This document shows, piece after piece, positions 38,217 through 48,135 of a stretch of DNA of 64,000 nt. The notes below the pieces were generated by a model that saw only the letters and a list, made by a program, of their open reading frames with translations, did no database searches and was not told the DNA's origin. Every line of letters begins with the position of its first letter. Position 1 is the stretch's first letter. Source of the DNA: Nitrospirota bacterium (GTDB taxonomy: Bacteria > Nitrospirota > UBA9217); NCBI GenBank assembly GCA_963737155.1, contig CAVTRN010000002.1, forward strand, positions 736,001-800,000, read 5' to 3'. The position numbers and the translations under genes are program-made.

Positions 38217-39091
38217 TGGTGCTCGATCGCAAAAAATACGCGGTTATCGTTGCCGATGATTTCGGTAGTTCCTCTTCGGTGAATCTAGCCGTTGCCGAAG
38301 CATATGACAGGGGAATACTCTCTGCAGCAAGCCTAATGGCAGGAGGGGCTGCTTTCGAGGAGGCCGTAGAGATAGCCGGGAAGCGAAGGGGCCTCTCCGT
38401 CGGACTCCATGTGACCCTCTGCGACGGAAGGGCGGTACTGCCCTGTTCCGAAGTCCCCGGCCTCGTTGATTCGCGCGGCAGTTTCGAAATAAGCGCTTCA
38501 AGTGCCTGGATGAAATACCGCCATGTCAGTCTTTTGGGCCAGCTAGACCGTGAGATCGAAGCGCAGTTTAACCGGCTGGAAAAGGCAGGTGTCCGTCCAA
38601 CGCACATAGACGGCCACCACCACCTCCACATGCATCCCGCAATATTCGAAAAGCTTTGCGGGCACGCATCACGGCGGGGGATTCGATGGGTCCGGATACC
38701 TCGTGAGCCCCTGTCCCTCCTCCTCCGTTTTCCCTTATCGGGGCGCGGCGCCATGCCTTTCATCGAATGGGCGGTTTTTGCGGTCCTCGGGAGAATGCAT
38801 GTAAAGAAGGCGCGCGAGTACGGACTGCGCTCGCTCGAAGTAGTATACGGGTTGGCGCGGACCGGGCAGTGCGACGAGCGTTACTTGAAGCACATTTTTG
38901 GCCGGGCCGGCGGCTCTCTGGAAATTTTCATGCACCCCGACACCGCGACAGCGGCAGGGCGGCGAGAATTAGAAGCGCTGACCTCCGCCGCGACGCGCGC
39001 CGCACTTGGTGCATGCGGCGCTGTCCTTGCGGGATACCGAGAACTTTCCGCGGAAGCGGCGGTTCCGGACGGCGCGATGGAGATTGTATGA
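38216..39091 (+). CDS. hpnK: Hopanoid-associated YdjC-family deacetylase
   Basis: VADDFG, VGLHVTL, THIDGHHHLHMHP, EIFMHP; overlaps the hpnJ stop. Confidence 0.85.
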   Translation: MVLDRKKYAVIVADDFGSSSSVNLAVAEAYDRGILSAASLMAGGAAFEEAVEIAGKRRGLSVGLHVTLCDGRAVLPCSEVPGLVDSRGSFEISASSAWMKYRHVSLLGQLDREIEAQFNRLEKAGVRPTHIDGHHHLHMHPAIFEKLCGHASRRGIRWVRIPREPLSLLLRFPLSGRGAMPFIEWAVFAVLGRMHVKKAREYGLRSLEVVYGLARTGQCDERYLKHIFGRAGGSLEIFMHPDTATAAGRRELEALTSAATRAALGACGAVLAGYRELSAEAAVPDGAMEIV

Positions 39092-39615
39092 AAACGTATA
39101 TAGTCGTTACGATAGCCGCATTTTCCGCGGCAATTGGCGAAACCCTCCTGAGCTTCGGGATGAAGAGATTCGGATCGATGGACCTTGCGGATCCGTCCCA
39201 ATGGCTTGTACTCGTTTTTTCCGTGGTCCGAAATCACTACGTATTTCTGGGCGTTGTATTTCTGAGCATTTTCTTTTTTCTTTATCTCGCCGCTCTCTCA
39301 TGGGCGGACCTCAGTTTCGTCCTCCCGCTGACTGCGGTATCGTACCTTTTCGCTGCGCTGCTGGCAAAGTTTTTCCTCAAGGAAGAGGTCTCATGGTATC
39401 GCTGGACCGGCACGATAGTCATTGTGATCGGCATCGCCATAGTAGCGTTCGGCGGAAAATCAAGGTCAGTTGTCCGTATACCGGACCTCCTTACGACGGT
39501 TTCATCGGGGATCACGGGAGGGCAGACGGAAGCAGACCGTCAATCCCGTCGTTTTTTCACGCAAGGACCGTCCAACCTCGATAGGATTGCCGTGCGGGAA
39601 GAGGGGAAGCAATGA
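39088..39615 (+). CDS. EamA/DMT family small transporter
   Basis: ALSWADLSFVLPLTA, FLKEEVSWYRWTG; ATGA overlap with the hpnK stop. Confidence 0.82.
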   Translation: MKTYIVVTIAAFSAAIGETLLSFGMKRFGSMDLADPSQWLVLVFSVVRNHYVFLGVVFLSIFFFLYLAALSWADLSFVLPLTAVSYLFAALLAKFFLKEEVSWYRWTGTIVIVIGIAIVAFGGKSRSVVRIPDLLTTVSSGITGGQTEADRQSRRFFTQGPSNLDRIAVREEGKQ

Positions 39616-41639
39616 AGAGGCTATTCATCAACGAAAAAGAAAAAAACCCGGATTACCAGGGTGACTCCGGGGATGTGGCCGGCATCCTGTCGGGAATACG
39701 GGAAAACGACCCCCGTGCTTTCCTGGGACATTCGTCATCTGCAACACCGGTTTCAGAAGCCATCGGGAAAACGTTGTCCTATTACCTTGACCAGCAGCAC
39801 CCGGATGGATACTGGTGGTATGAGCTGGAATCCAACGTTACTATGGCATCGGAATACCTAATGCTTCTTCATTTCCTGGGGTTGCGGGACGAAGAACGGG
39901 ACAGAAAGATCGTTCATAACATTCTTCGAAATCAGAGGGCGGACGGGACATGGGCGCTGTTCTACGGGGGAAGAGGCGACCTTAGCACCACCATTGAGGC
40001 ATATTGCGCCCTCAAACTCGCGGGTTTTACCGCCGATGATGAGCCGCTGAAGAAGGCTGCAAAATTCATCCTCCAGGAGGGAGGGATCGAGGCAGCGAGA
40101 GTATTCACCAAAACATATCTCGCCCTTTTCGGCCTTTACGACTGGCGGGCTATCCCTTCCATTCCCGTAGAGCTCAATATATTTCCTGTATGGTTTCCTC
40201 TGAACATCTACAACTTCTCGAGCTGGGCGCGGTCTACATTCGTGCCTCTGGCAATGATCTGCGCGTTCAAGCCCGTGAGGACATTGCACCCTGCCATAAC
40301 ACTCCGGGAGTTGTACCGGACACCGGACAGGGTGCCGCCGATAACGTCCGCCAAGCTGCCGAGCTTTTCGTTCAAGAAGATATTTATCGCCTTTGACAAG
40401 CTCGTCAAGGTGTACGAGCGCCTGCCGGTCAGACCTTTCAGAAAGATGGCCCTTAAGAAGACTGAACAATGGATCCTCGACCACCAGGAGCCGACCGGAG
40501 ACTGGGGGGGCATACAGCCCGCCATGATCAACTCAATCCTCGCCCTAAGTGCGATGGGATATCCGAACTCCTCGGAGCCGGTACGAAAAGGGCTTGAAGC
40601 GCTGAAGAGATTTACCATCGAAAACGATCATGAGATCGTTCTTCAATCATGCATCTCCCCGGTATGGGATACCGCGCTCACATCTCTTGCGATGCTCTAC
40701 GCGGGAATGGACATATACCATCCTTCCCTGAAAAAGGCATGTGCCTGGCTGGCGTCGAAACAGATTTTGCAGCGGGGCGACTGGAGCGTTAAAAGGCCCT
40801 TACTCGAACCTGGAGGCTGGGCTTTTGAGTTCGAGAACAGCTGGTACCCTGATTTAGACGATTCCGCCGTCGTTCTTTTCCTCCTCAACAAGTGCGCGGA
40901 TGAGAATACTGTCAAACAGGAGAACCTCTCCCGGGGCCTGCGCTGGGTCGTGGGGATGCAGGGGAAAGATGGCGGGTGGGGCTCATTTGACGTGGACAAT
41001 AACATGAAGAGCTTGAACCAGCTTCTCTTCGGGGACTTGCAGGCCATGATAGACCCCAGCACTCCCGATGTAACGGCGAGAGTCCTCGAGTTTCTCGGTT
41101 CGATTGGATACGATCTCTCGAACGACGTGGTCATGCGTGCGAAAGCGTTCCTCATGCGGACACAGGAAAAAGAAGGCTCTTGGTGGGGGCGGTGGGGCGT
41201 CAATCACCTTTATGGAACAAGTATTGTGCTGGCAGGGTTGAAGGCGGTAGGAGAAGACATGTCCAGTCTGCACGTCCGGAGAGCGGTGCACTGGCTAAAA
41301 TCGAAGCAGAACGCCGACGGAGGATGGGGCGAGAGCTGTGAATCCTACTGTAAATGTCCCTCAAATGCCTGCACGGAGCGCAGCACGACCTCGCAGACCG
41401 CTTGGGCAATCTTGGCTCTGATTACTGCGGGCGAAGCAGGCGGCAGGGAAGTCATGAACGGGGTGACGTACCTTCTCAAGAGACAAAAAGCCGACGGTAC
41501 GTGGGACGAGAAAGAGTTTACAGGCACCGGGTTTCCTCAGTACTTCTATCTCCGGTATCATAATTACCGGAATTGCTTTCCTCTGATGGCTCTGGGCAAG
41601 TACCTGTCTGCCCTCGGGAACGGGGCGCCCGGGCAATGA
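39612..41639 (+). CDS. shc: Squalene-hopene cyclase
   Basis: YPDLDDSAVV catalytic DxDD, QW repeats (QHPDGYW, QNADGGW), CISPVWDT, FTGTGFP. Confidence 0.96.
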   Translation: MKRLFINEKEKNPDYQGDSGDVAGILSGIRENDPRAFLGHSSSATPVSEAIGKTLSYYLDQQHPDGYWWYELESNVTMASEYLMLLHFLGLRDEERDRKIVHNILRNQRADGTWALFYGGRGDLSTTIEAYCALKLAGFTADDEPLKKAAKFILQEGGIEAARVFTKTYLALFGLYDWRAIPSIPVELNIFPVWFPLNIYNFSSWARSTFVPLAMICAFKPVRTLHPAITLRELYRTPDRVPPITSAKLPSFSFKKIFIAFDKLVKVYERLPVRPFRKMALKKTEQWILDHQEPTGDWGGIQPAMINSILALSAMGYPNSSEPVRKGLEALKRFTIENDHEIVLQSCISPVWDTALTSLAMLYAGMDIYHPSLKKACAWLASKQILQRGDWSVKRPLLEPGGWAFEFENSWYPDLDDSAVVLFLLNKCADENTVKQENLSRGLRWVVGMQGKDGGWGSFDVDNNMKSLNQLLFGDLQAMIDPSTPDVTARVLEFLGSIGYDLSNDVVMRAKAFLMRTQEKEGSWWGRWGVNHLYGTSIVLAGLKAVGEDMSSLHVRRAVHWLKSKQNADGGWGESCESYCKCPSNACTERSTTSQTAWAILALITAGEAGGREVMNGVTYLLKRQKADGTWDEKEFTGTGFPQYFYLRYHNYRNCFPLMALGKYLSALGNGAPGQ

Positions 41640-42625
41640 AGGTCCTTGTCACCGGCGCAACGGGTTTTATCGGATTTCACGTTGCGAAGCTTCTGACTGA
41701 GAAGGGTTTTTATGTGAAGGCCCTGGTGCGCGATGAAAATGATGTGAAGGCTCTCAAGGATCTGGGCGTAGCACCGGTTAAAGGCGACATCAGGGATTTC
41801 GACGCGTGTAGCGACGCGCTAAAAGGCTGCCAACAGCTGTATCACCTTGCGGCAGATTACAGGCTGTGGGTTCCCGATCCTGCCGTCATGTATGCGATTA
41901 ACGTGCAGGGGACGAAAAACCTTATGCGCGCCGCCCTGATGCGTTCCGTCGAAAAAGTCGTCTATACGAGTACCGTAGGTGTCCTGGCCGCACACGCGGA
42001 CGGGGCGCCCTCGAACGAGGAATCGTCGGCAGATATACGGGACATGGTCGGCCACTATAAAAAGTCCAAGTTCCTGGCTGAAATCGAGGTGAGGCGCTGT
42101 GTCGAACAGGGCCTTCCCGCCGTCATCGTCAACCCGTCCACTCCTATCGGTCCTTTCGACCGAAAGCCCACCCCAACGGGGAAGATTATCGTCGATTTCA
42201 TGAACGGAAAGATTCCGGCATTTCTTGATACGGGATTGAATTTTGTCGACGTTGAAGACGTGGCGGACGGCCACATACTTGCGGCACAGCAGGGTAGGGT
42301 TGGGCAGCGGTACATTCTCGGCAATCGGAACATCACGCTGAGAGAATTTTTTGGAATCCTTGCGCGCATGACGGGGAAAAAGGCCCCAGGCGTGCGGCTA
42401 CCCTATTTGCCGGTACTTATGGCCGCCTACGTCAACGAGGCCCTTTCCACGTTGATAACCGGCAAGCAACCCATGATCCCACTAACCGGGGTGAAGATGG
42501 CGAAAAAGTACATGTTTTTCGATTGTTCGAAGGCAATCAAGGAGTTGCATATGCGCCAGAGCCCCGTTGAGGGGGCAATAGAGAAAGCGATACGGTGGTT
42601 TGAACGCAACGATTACATTATATAG
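41636..42625 (+). CDS. hpnA: Hopanoid-associated sugar epimerase/dehydratase
   Basis: GATGFIG, HLAADYRLW, YKKSK, KPTPTG; ATGA overlap with shc. Confidence 0.9.
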   Translation: MKVLVTGATGFIGFHVAKLLTEKGFYVKALVRDENDVKALKDLGVAPVKGDIRDFDACSDALKGCQQLYHLAADYRLWVPDPAVMYAINVQGTKNLMRAALMRSVEKVVYTSTVGVLAAHADGAPSNEESSADIRDMVGHYKKSKFLAEIEVRRCVEQGLPAVIVNPSTPIGPFDRKPTPTGKIIVDFMNGKIPAFLDTGLNFVDVEDVADGHILAAQQGRVGQRYILGNRNITLREFFGILARMTGKKAPGVRLPYLPVLMAAYVNEALSTLITGKQPMIPLTGVKMAKKYMFFDCSKAIKELHMRQSPVEGAIEKAIRWFERNDYII

Positions 42626-42757
42626 AGAAGAGTTGTCTTGACGGCTTCAAGAAAAAACCCGGATGCGTATACGGAAAACAGGAAAGACAGAAAACTCGGC
42701 AACGAGAGGATAGATTAGAACGGCGACTCCGACCCGCACCGCAGGAAGGAAAAATCA

Positions 42758-43152
42758 ATGAGAACCTTTTCACCTTCCTCTTTCTGGCACGGGCATTCTT
42801 ATCAATATTCATCGTCCTGCTGTTTCTCAGATGGTTCCTGGCTAAACCCGCATTCCAGCAGTTGAGCCCAGTGTTTGAGATTTGCGTGGGATGGGTGATT
42901 ATCGGGTTCAAGACATGCTTTGCGATCACCTCGATTTTTGAGGGTGTGCTGCTGACATTTAAAAAGTCCTTGTTTCCCTATGGTTGGATTGAAAGGATTG
43001 TTGTCTTGCTGTTTCTGCACACGATCCGGCTCGGAATAGATTTTGGCACCAACAAGAACAGAATAAGCAATTTCTTCATCAAGATGCATAATTTCGTCAC
43101 CATGAGCGCCCGTGAGCAGAGAGCTTCCGGGGCGGTGCCGTTTCATATTTGA
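42758..43152 (+). pseudogene. Unknown multi-TM membrane protein, apparently frameshifted just after the start
   Basis: SD AGGAAGG plus ATG 42758. One extra T in the T4 run (42767-42770) joins it to a hydrophobic frame that is open to TGA 43152. Confidence 0.5.
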
Positions 43153-43161
43153 GAGGTTTCC

Positions 43162-44163
43162 ATGCGCTTTCCAGTCAGTTTGTATGCGTCATTAACTTCA
43201 TTTTTCGCGAGGAACGCCCTTACAGGCGTCAAGAGGTTCCCGCTCGTCCTCATGCTTGAGCCGACACACCGGTGCAATCTTGCCTGCGCCGGCTGTGATA
43301 GGATACGGCTGTACGATCGCGACCACACCGCAGACCTCTCCCTCGACCAGTGCATCGACGCGGCTTTGGAATCACGCGCGCCGGTCGTGACGGTTACGGG
43401 AGGCGAACCACTTTTATACAAAGATTTGAAGCTTCTCGTACGGGAGCTGCTCCGGCTGAAGCGGCATGTCTATCTCTGCTCGAACGGCATCCTTACCGGT
43501 GACTTTATCGAGGACTTCACACCAAACCCGAGACTGACTCTTAATATTCATCTGGACGGGATGGAAGAGACGCATGACCGTATTACCTGCAAACCCGGAA
43601 CGTTCAAAAAGGCGACCGCTTCGATTAGGTTAGCGAAACAAAAGGGTTTCCGCGTGAGCACCAATACGTCGGTGTACAAAAACTCCGACATCGGAGAGTT
43701 GGAGAGGTTGTTCGAAACCCTCAAAGGCTTTCAGGTAGACGGCATCCTGATGTCTCCCGCCTTCAATTATGAACGGGTCGAGAACGATATCTTTCTCAGC
43801 AGAGAGGAGGCAAGGGAAAAATTCAAGCGGATGGATTTTTTTAAAAAATTCCCATTCATCAGTTCCCCCCTCTATATCGACTTTCTAAAGGGGAACAGGC
43901 ACCTACACTGTACTCCCTGGGGCAATCCGACGCGCAATCCGCTGGGTTGGAAATCCCCCTGCTACCTGATCACCGACGGTTACTATCCGTCGTTCCGCGA
44001 ATTGATGGAAAAGACCCCTTGGGACCGGTACGAGGCTGGAACCGATCCGCGGTGTCGTGACTGCATGGTACACAGCGGATATGAGGCGACCGTGCAAAGA
44101 ATCGCATTTTCCCATCCGAAGGACTTTGTCAGGCTTGTCATCTGGAACCTGGGAAAAACCTGA
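43162..44163 (+). CDS. hpnH: Adenosyl-hopene transferase (radical SAM)
   Basis: RFPLVLMLEPTHRCNLACAGC, CTPWGNPT, DPRCRDCMVHSGYE. Confidence 0.92.
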   Translation: MRFPVSLYASLTSFFARNALTGVKRFPLVLMLEPTHRCNLACAGCDRIRLYDRDHTADLSLDQCIDAALESRAPVVTVTGGEPLLYKDLKLLVRELLRLKRHVYLCSNGILTGDFIEDFTPNPRLTLNIHLDGMEETHDRITCKPGTFKKATASIRLAKQKGFRVSTNTSVYKNSDIGELERLFETLKGFQVDGILMSPAFNYERVENDIFLSREEAREKFKRMDFFKKFPFISSPLYIDFLKGNRHLHCTPWGNPTRNPLGWKSPCYLITDGYYPSFRELMEKTPWDRYEAGTDPRCRDCMVHSGYEATVQRIAFSHPKDFVRLVIWNLGKT

Positions 44164-44177
44164 GGAGGTCCGTAGTC

Positions 44178-45035
44178 ATGCTTCTCCTCAGCACGGTCCT
44201 CCTCAGGCCCTACGTGTTCGTCTTCCTTGCTGTCTACCTTGGCGGGTGCTCACTGCACTTGGGGCTGAAAAGGGCCCTCCTCTTCGCAGTCGCAGGATAC
44301 CTCATCGCGTGGCTGTCTGAATTCTCGTCCATCCACAACGGCTTTCCCTATGGGCATTATTACTATATTGACGGCACGAAGGGGAAAGAAATATGGTTCC
44401 TGGGCGTTCCGCTCATGGACTCGATCAGTTATGTCTTTCTTGCTTATGCGAGCTATTCTCTGGCGCTTCTCATCTTCTCGCCTCTTCGCCGCTCAAGATG
44501 GATGGTATACGTCCTTGAAACAAAAAAAATAAGGGACTCCGTTCAGGTGAGAATTCTCGGGGCACTCTTGCTCGTCTATCTCGATATCATCATCGACCCT
44601 GTCGCCTTGCGGGGCGATCACTGGTTTCTCGGCCGGATCTACGGCTACCCCGAACAGGGGGTTTATTTCGGCGTCCCTCTCTCAAACTTTATCGGATGGT
44701 TCGCGGTGGGCTTTTCAATGATCTACGTTCTGCAAAAGATCGATCAGTACCTGCGGAGAAAAGGAGACTCGGACCTGATCGGGTACAAATATCCCTGGCG
44801 ATTCCTGATTGGCCCCATCCTGTATTTTGGCGTAATAGTTTTCAATTTATCGATCACGTTCTTCATCCGGGAGCACATGCTCGGATGGACGGGTATCTTC
44901 ATCGTGCTGCTGCCCGCGTTCCTCCTGTACGTGATCGTGCGAGGTAAGATTTCACAGGAAAGTGTCGAGACGGCACTGGCGGATCATTACAGGGATTTCC
45001 CCCAAGCGATGGCCGGGATCTATGAGGGGCGTTAA
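44178..45035 (+). CDS. CruF-like (DUF422, carotenoid hydratase family) membrane protein
   Basis: GFPYGHYYY, LGVP, YLDIIIDPVA, YFGVPLSNFIGW. Confidence 0.8.
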   Translation: MLLLSTVLLRPYVFVFLAVYLGGCSLHLGLKRALLFAVAGYLIAWLSEFSSIHNGFPYGHYYYIDGTKGKEIWFLGVPLMDSISYVFLAYASYSLALLIFSPLRRSRWMVYVLETKKIRDSVQVRILGALLLVYLDIIIDPVALRGDHWFLGRIYGYPEQGVYFGVPLSNFIGWFAVGFSMIYVLQKIDQYLRRKGDSDLIGYKYPWRFLIGPILYFGVIVFNLSITFFIREHMLGWTGIFIVLLPAFLLYVIVRGKISQESVETALADHYRDFPQAMAGIYEGR

Positions 45036-45165
45036 AGACCAGCGCCCGCTTAGGAAATTTTCTTGAATAAATTCTCAGGAACTGGAGTTGTACAAGAATA
45101 GCAGGTGCAGTTCGGACATGTGATGGTTACTCCGGCGGACTTGCAGTTGCGACAATGATTTTTTA

Positions 45166-45477
45166 TCAATGCCCTGCCGGAAAGAATGTGTAGCTCACCC
45201 AGACGAGGATGCAGAACAGGCCGATGCCAAGGCCGATGCTCCACCCGATCGACTTCTTCTTCACGGGAAGGGGCGAACCCCTTCCATCGTTATCGCCAGT
45301 CTCAAAATCACTGCATCGTTGCCATGAAGAGAGAAACAGTTCGTGTCTGCTGCAGATTCCCGCGTCGGACCGCACGGATGCATAAGCAGAGCTGAGCACA
45401 TTCAACCCGGGAAAGGTTGCTTCGATCAGCGCGGAATCATTCGCGAAAAATCTGCAGCTGATGCACCGCTCATTCAT
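45166..45477 (-). CDS. Small four-Cys protein with C-terminal TM helix
   Basis: SD AGGAG. CISCRFF...GICSRH...RCSDF followed by a hydrophobic tail. Confidence 0.65.
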   Translation of the reverse strand: MNERCISCRFFANDSALIEATFPGLNVLSSAYASVRSDAGICSRHELFLSSWQRCSDFETGDNDGRGSPLPVKKKSIGWSIGLGIGLFCILVWVSYTFFPAGH

Positions 45478-45517
45478 AGCCTTCTCCTGACGCGCGTCAG
45501 CCCTCCGGCCCAGAATG

Positions 45518-46921
45518 CTACTTGCCGAGATTTGACCAGTAATTACCGAATACATACACCGACAGGACGAACCCAAGCAGCACGTTAATTGCCACCCCGA
45601 TAGTGAAAGCGCCGAATGGTTTCCAGCCGGCTGCTTTCAAGTCCTTAAACCGGGTAGTAAGCCCTATGCTAAGGAAGCAGAAAATAAACGCCCACGACCT
45701 GAGGGAAACGATAGGCATGATTAGGCCCGGTTTTACAACCTTACCGAAGTCCGCGGCAGAGTAGCCGGCCGTTATCATGGTCATGAAAAGCGAAGCTACG
45801 AAGAACCCGATGACGAATTTCGGGAACCTCCACCAGATTTCCATGGCGCTGGGCTTTACACCGCATTCCTCTTTTTCCCACTTCATACAGGCAATAAGCG
45901 CGAAGACGAATGACCAGATACCAATCCACATGTCCCTGCCGATGACCTTCATGAGGGTGAATGCCTGTATGGAGGCATTCTCATTGCCAGCCATCCGGCC
46001 ATAAGCGCTTGCTGCGGCAAAGCCGGCCGCGTCGGCGAACTCCGAGGTCCCCACCCAGGCGCCCGCGTCTCCCGCACTCAGATTGAGGGCCTTAGAAGCG
46101 AAGGGAATAAAAAAGATCATGATCAAGGCCCATACTACCACAAGCGTGACCGAGGTGTAGAGATCCTCTTTTTTCGCCCGTACCGAGCTTGCGATTGCCA
46201 TGGATGCGGACACGCCACAGACCGCGCCTCCCACGCCGATAACGGAGGCAAGTCGCTTGTCGAGACCGAACACCTTCGTGGCAACAAAATAGATGGTGAG
46301 GCATGTCGTCAGGGAGATTATTGTGGCCTGGAGCAGGGCGATAGGCCCTGCTGAGGCGATGAGAGTGATGGGGAACGTCGCCCCGAGCAGCACGATTCCA
46401 GTCTTGATGTAGTACTCCACCCGGAACCCCGCATCCATCCATTTGGGCAGAGGGACGATGTTTGCGATAAGAAGCCCGATGATCAGCGCGACCAGAGGCG
46501 GCTCCAGGTTGTACTTGGAAGCATTAATCCACCCGCCGATCGAGAACATGATGATGGACAGCACGTAGAGCACGATGAAGGAGGGGAGAAACTCCGAAGT
46601 CTTGATGCCTATGATTTTTGTGGAAATGCCAAAAATGACGAGCCAGAAAATCAATTGCAGGGCGTACAAGTGGATATTGCTGCGAAAGTGGTCGATCAAC
46701 TGGCCGAAGGACGACCACTTTAATCCTCCGGGATTTATGGCGAGCGACTTTACGAGGGTGCTTCCATTTAGAAAAGCGACCAGTGAGATGAGCACGATCC
46801 CAACCCCGAGATAGATCGCCCACCAGTCTTCTTTCAGGTAGAACTCTTTCCAGCCCATCTGCACCGGTTTCGGCGGAGATTCAACAACACATTGCTTTGT
46901 CTCACAATTATCGGTTGCCAT
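45518..46921 (-). CDS. YeiH / putative sulfate exporter family transporter
   Basis: KEDWWAI, YIKTGIVLLGA, GGAVCGVSA, FPKFVIGF, FLSIGLTTRF. Confidence 0.88.
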   Translation of the reverse strand: MATDNCETKQCVVESPPKPVQMGWKEFYLKEDWWAIYLGVGIVLISLVAFLNGSTLVKSLAINPGGLKWSSFGQLIDHFRSNIHLYALQLIFWLVIFGISTKIIGIKTSEFLPSFIVLYVLSIIMFSIGGWINASKYNLEPPLVALIIGLLIANIVPLPKWMDAGFRVEYYIKTGIVLLGATFPITLIASAGPIALLQATIISLTTCLTIYFVATKVFGLDKRLASVIGVGGAVCGVSASMAIASSVRAKKEDLYTSVTLVVVWALIMIFFIPFASKALNLSAGDAGAWVGTSEFADAAGFAAASAYGRMAGNENASIQAFTLMKVIGRDMWIGIWSFVFALIACMKWEKEECGVKPSAMEIWWRFPKFVIGFFVASLFMTMITAGYSAADFGKVVKPGLIMPIVSLRSWAFIFCFLSIGLTTRFKDLKAAGWKPFGAFTIGVAINVLLGFVLSVYVFGNYWSNLGK

Positions 46922-47092
46922 GCATTATACCCTCCTATTGCCTTTGAAATTTTCAAATACCGCAAAGAGCAAGGTCATGTCATTTTTCTGCGGCGCCTAT
47001 GCAGCAAGACCATGCAGCGTTATCGATAAGTTGCATGATTGAGCGCCTGGTCTACCTAGCGGGCGCTTCCGGGCAGTCAAAGTAGTGCAAGC

Positions 47093-47111
47093 GCAACATA
47101 ATGCATGTTGC
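47093..47111. promoter_or_regulatory. Palindromic candidate transcription-factor site upstream of the YeiH gene
   Basis: GCAACAT-N5-ATGTTGC perfect inverted repeat. Confidence 0.4.
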
Positions 47112-48135
47112 ACACAGGAATTGGGTTCTCCTCTCGTGTTTTTCTGAGAACCGCGTCCGCTCTGGATGGACAGGACCTTCTTTACCGGCATTGTTTTGTT
47201 TGTCACGATCACCTTGAGCGCGAGCCGTGTGCATGAGGAGCGAACAGGTTTCGCTGAACAAGTTTTTTCATTTGCAACGTGAACTTGATGCGAAAAAAAA
47301 GAAACAGAAAACACTCATCCTGGCATTTCGGTTTTCCAAAAAGTATAGAAATACGAAAGCTCAGCGTTGTTGAATCGCCGACAGTGCACTTTATTTATTA
47401 TTAGCCGTTTGTGCCCGGCAAACCGTTTAAAGAAGACTGAAATGGTGAACTTGATGCCCGTATGGCAAAAAAAGCATACAGCCGCATGTTCTTTGGTGAA
47501 ATGTGTTCGGCATGACATGAAAGTCTATCTTGATGATTCAATTGAAAGCGGAAACTTGAAATGATAAATAAGTTTATAGCTGATCGAAGGAAATGTCAAC
47601 GGGAAATTGGGGGATTCTAAGGCAATGGAAGTGTAAGGGCAAGCAGGCGAAAACTGTGACGCAAAAATAATGCAAACCGGGGAGTTTGAATATGGTATCG
47701 AGACGTATTTATCTATTGAATGGTTGATGATGTTACACTTGGCTTCTGCCAATGCTCCGCGGTCATTCATGCCCAAAATATTTCTGCCACATTCACGAAA
47801 TTATAATTTTTGACAATCCTCATATCTGTTTGTTTTCCTTAACAGACTTTTTTTACCGCATGAAACATCATGTCGCTATTTTCTTCGAAAAGCATTACTC
47901 CATACTAAATCTCAATTATATATGCAGGTATAGTAATCTCACGGCAAAATGGAACCACAGAACCCGCACCTGCTCAATGCGGTCCGCCAGTTCATCGATT
48001 TTACGGGATAGATAGAACAGGCGGGCTGACGAAACCCTGCCTGATTTAGTGTAGCATTCTTCCGAAGATACTTTGCCAGAAGAAGTCTTATAATCGGAGG
48101 GACTTCTCAATTTTAAGCATTCCTGCATTTCCCCA

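Noticed and set aside
38767-39087. Long N-terminal extension of the EamA ORF
   Set aside because: It overlaps hpnK; the ATGA coupling at 39088 marks the real start.
46960-47030. Sigma54 promoter for the YeiH gene
   Set aside because: TTGC elements are present, but there is no GG at the required GG-N10-GC spacing.
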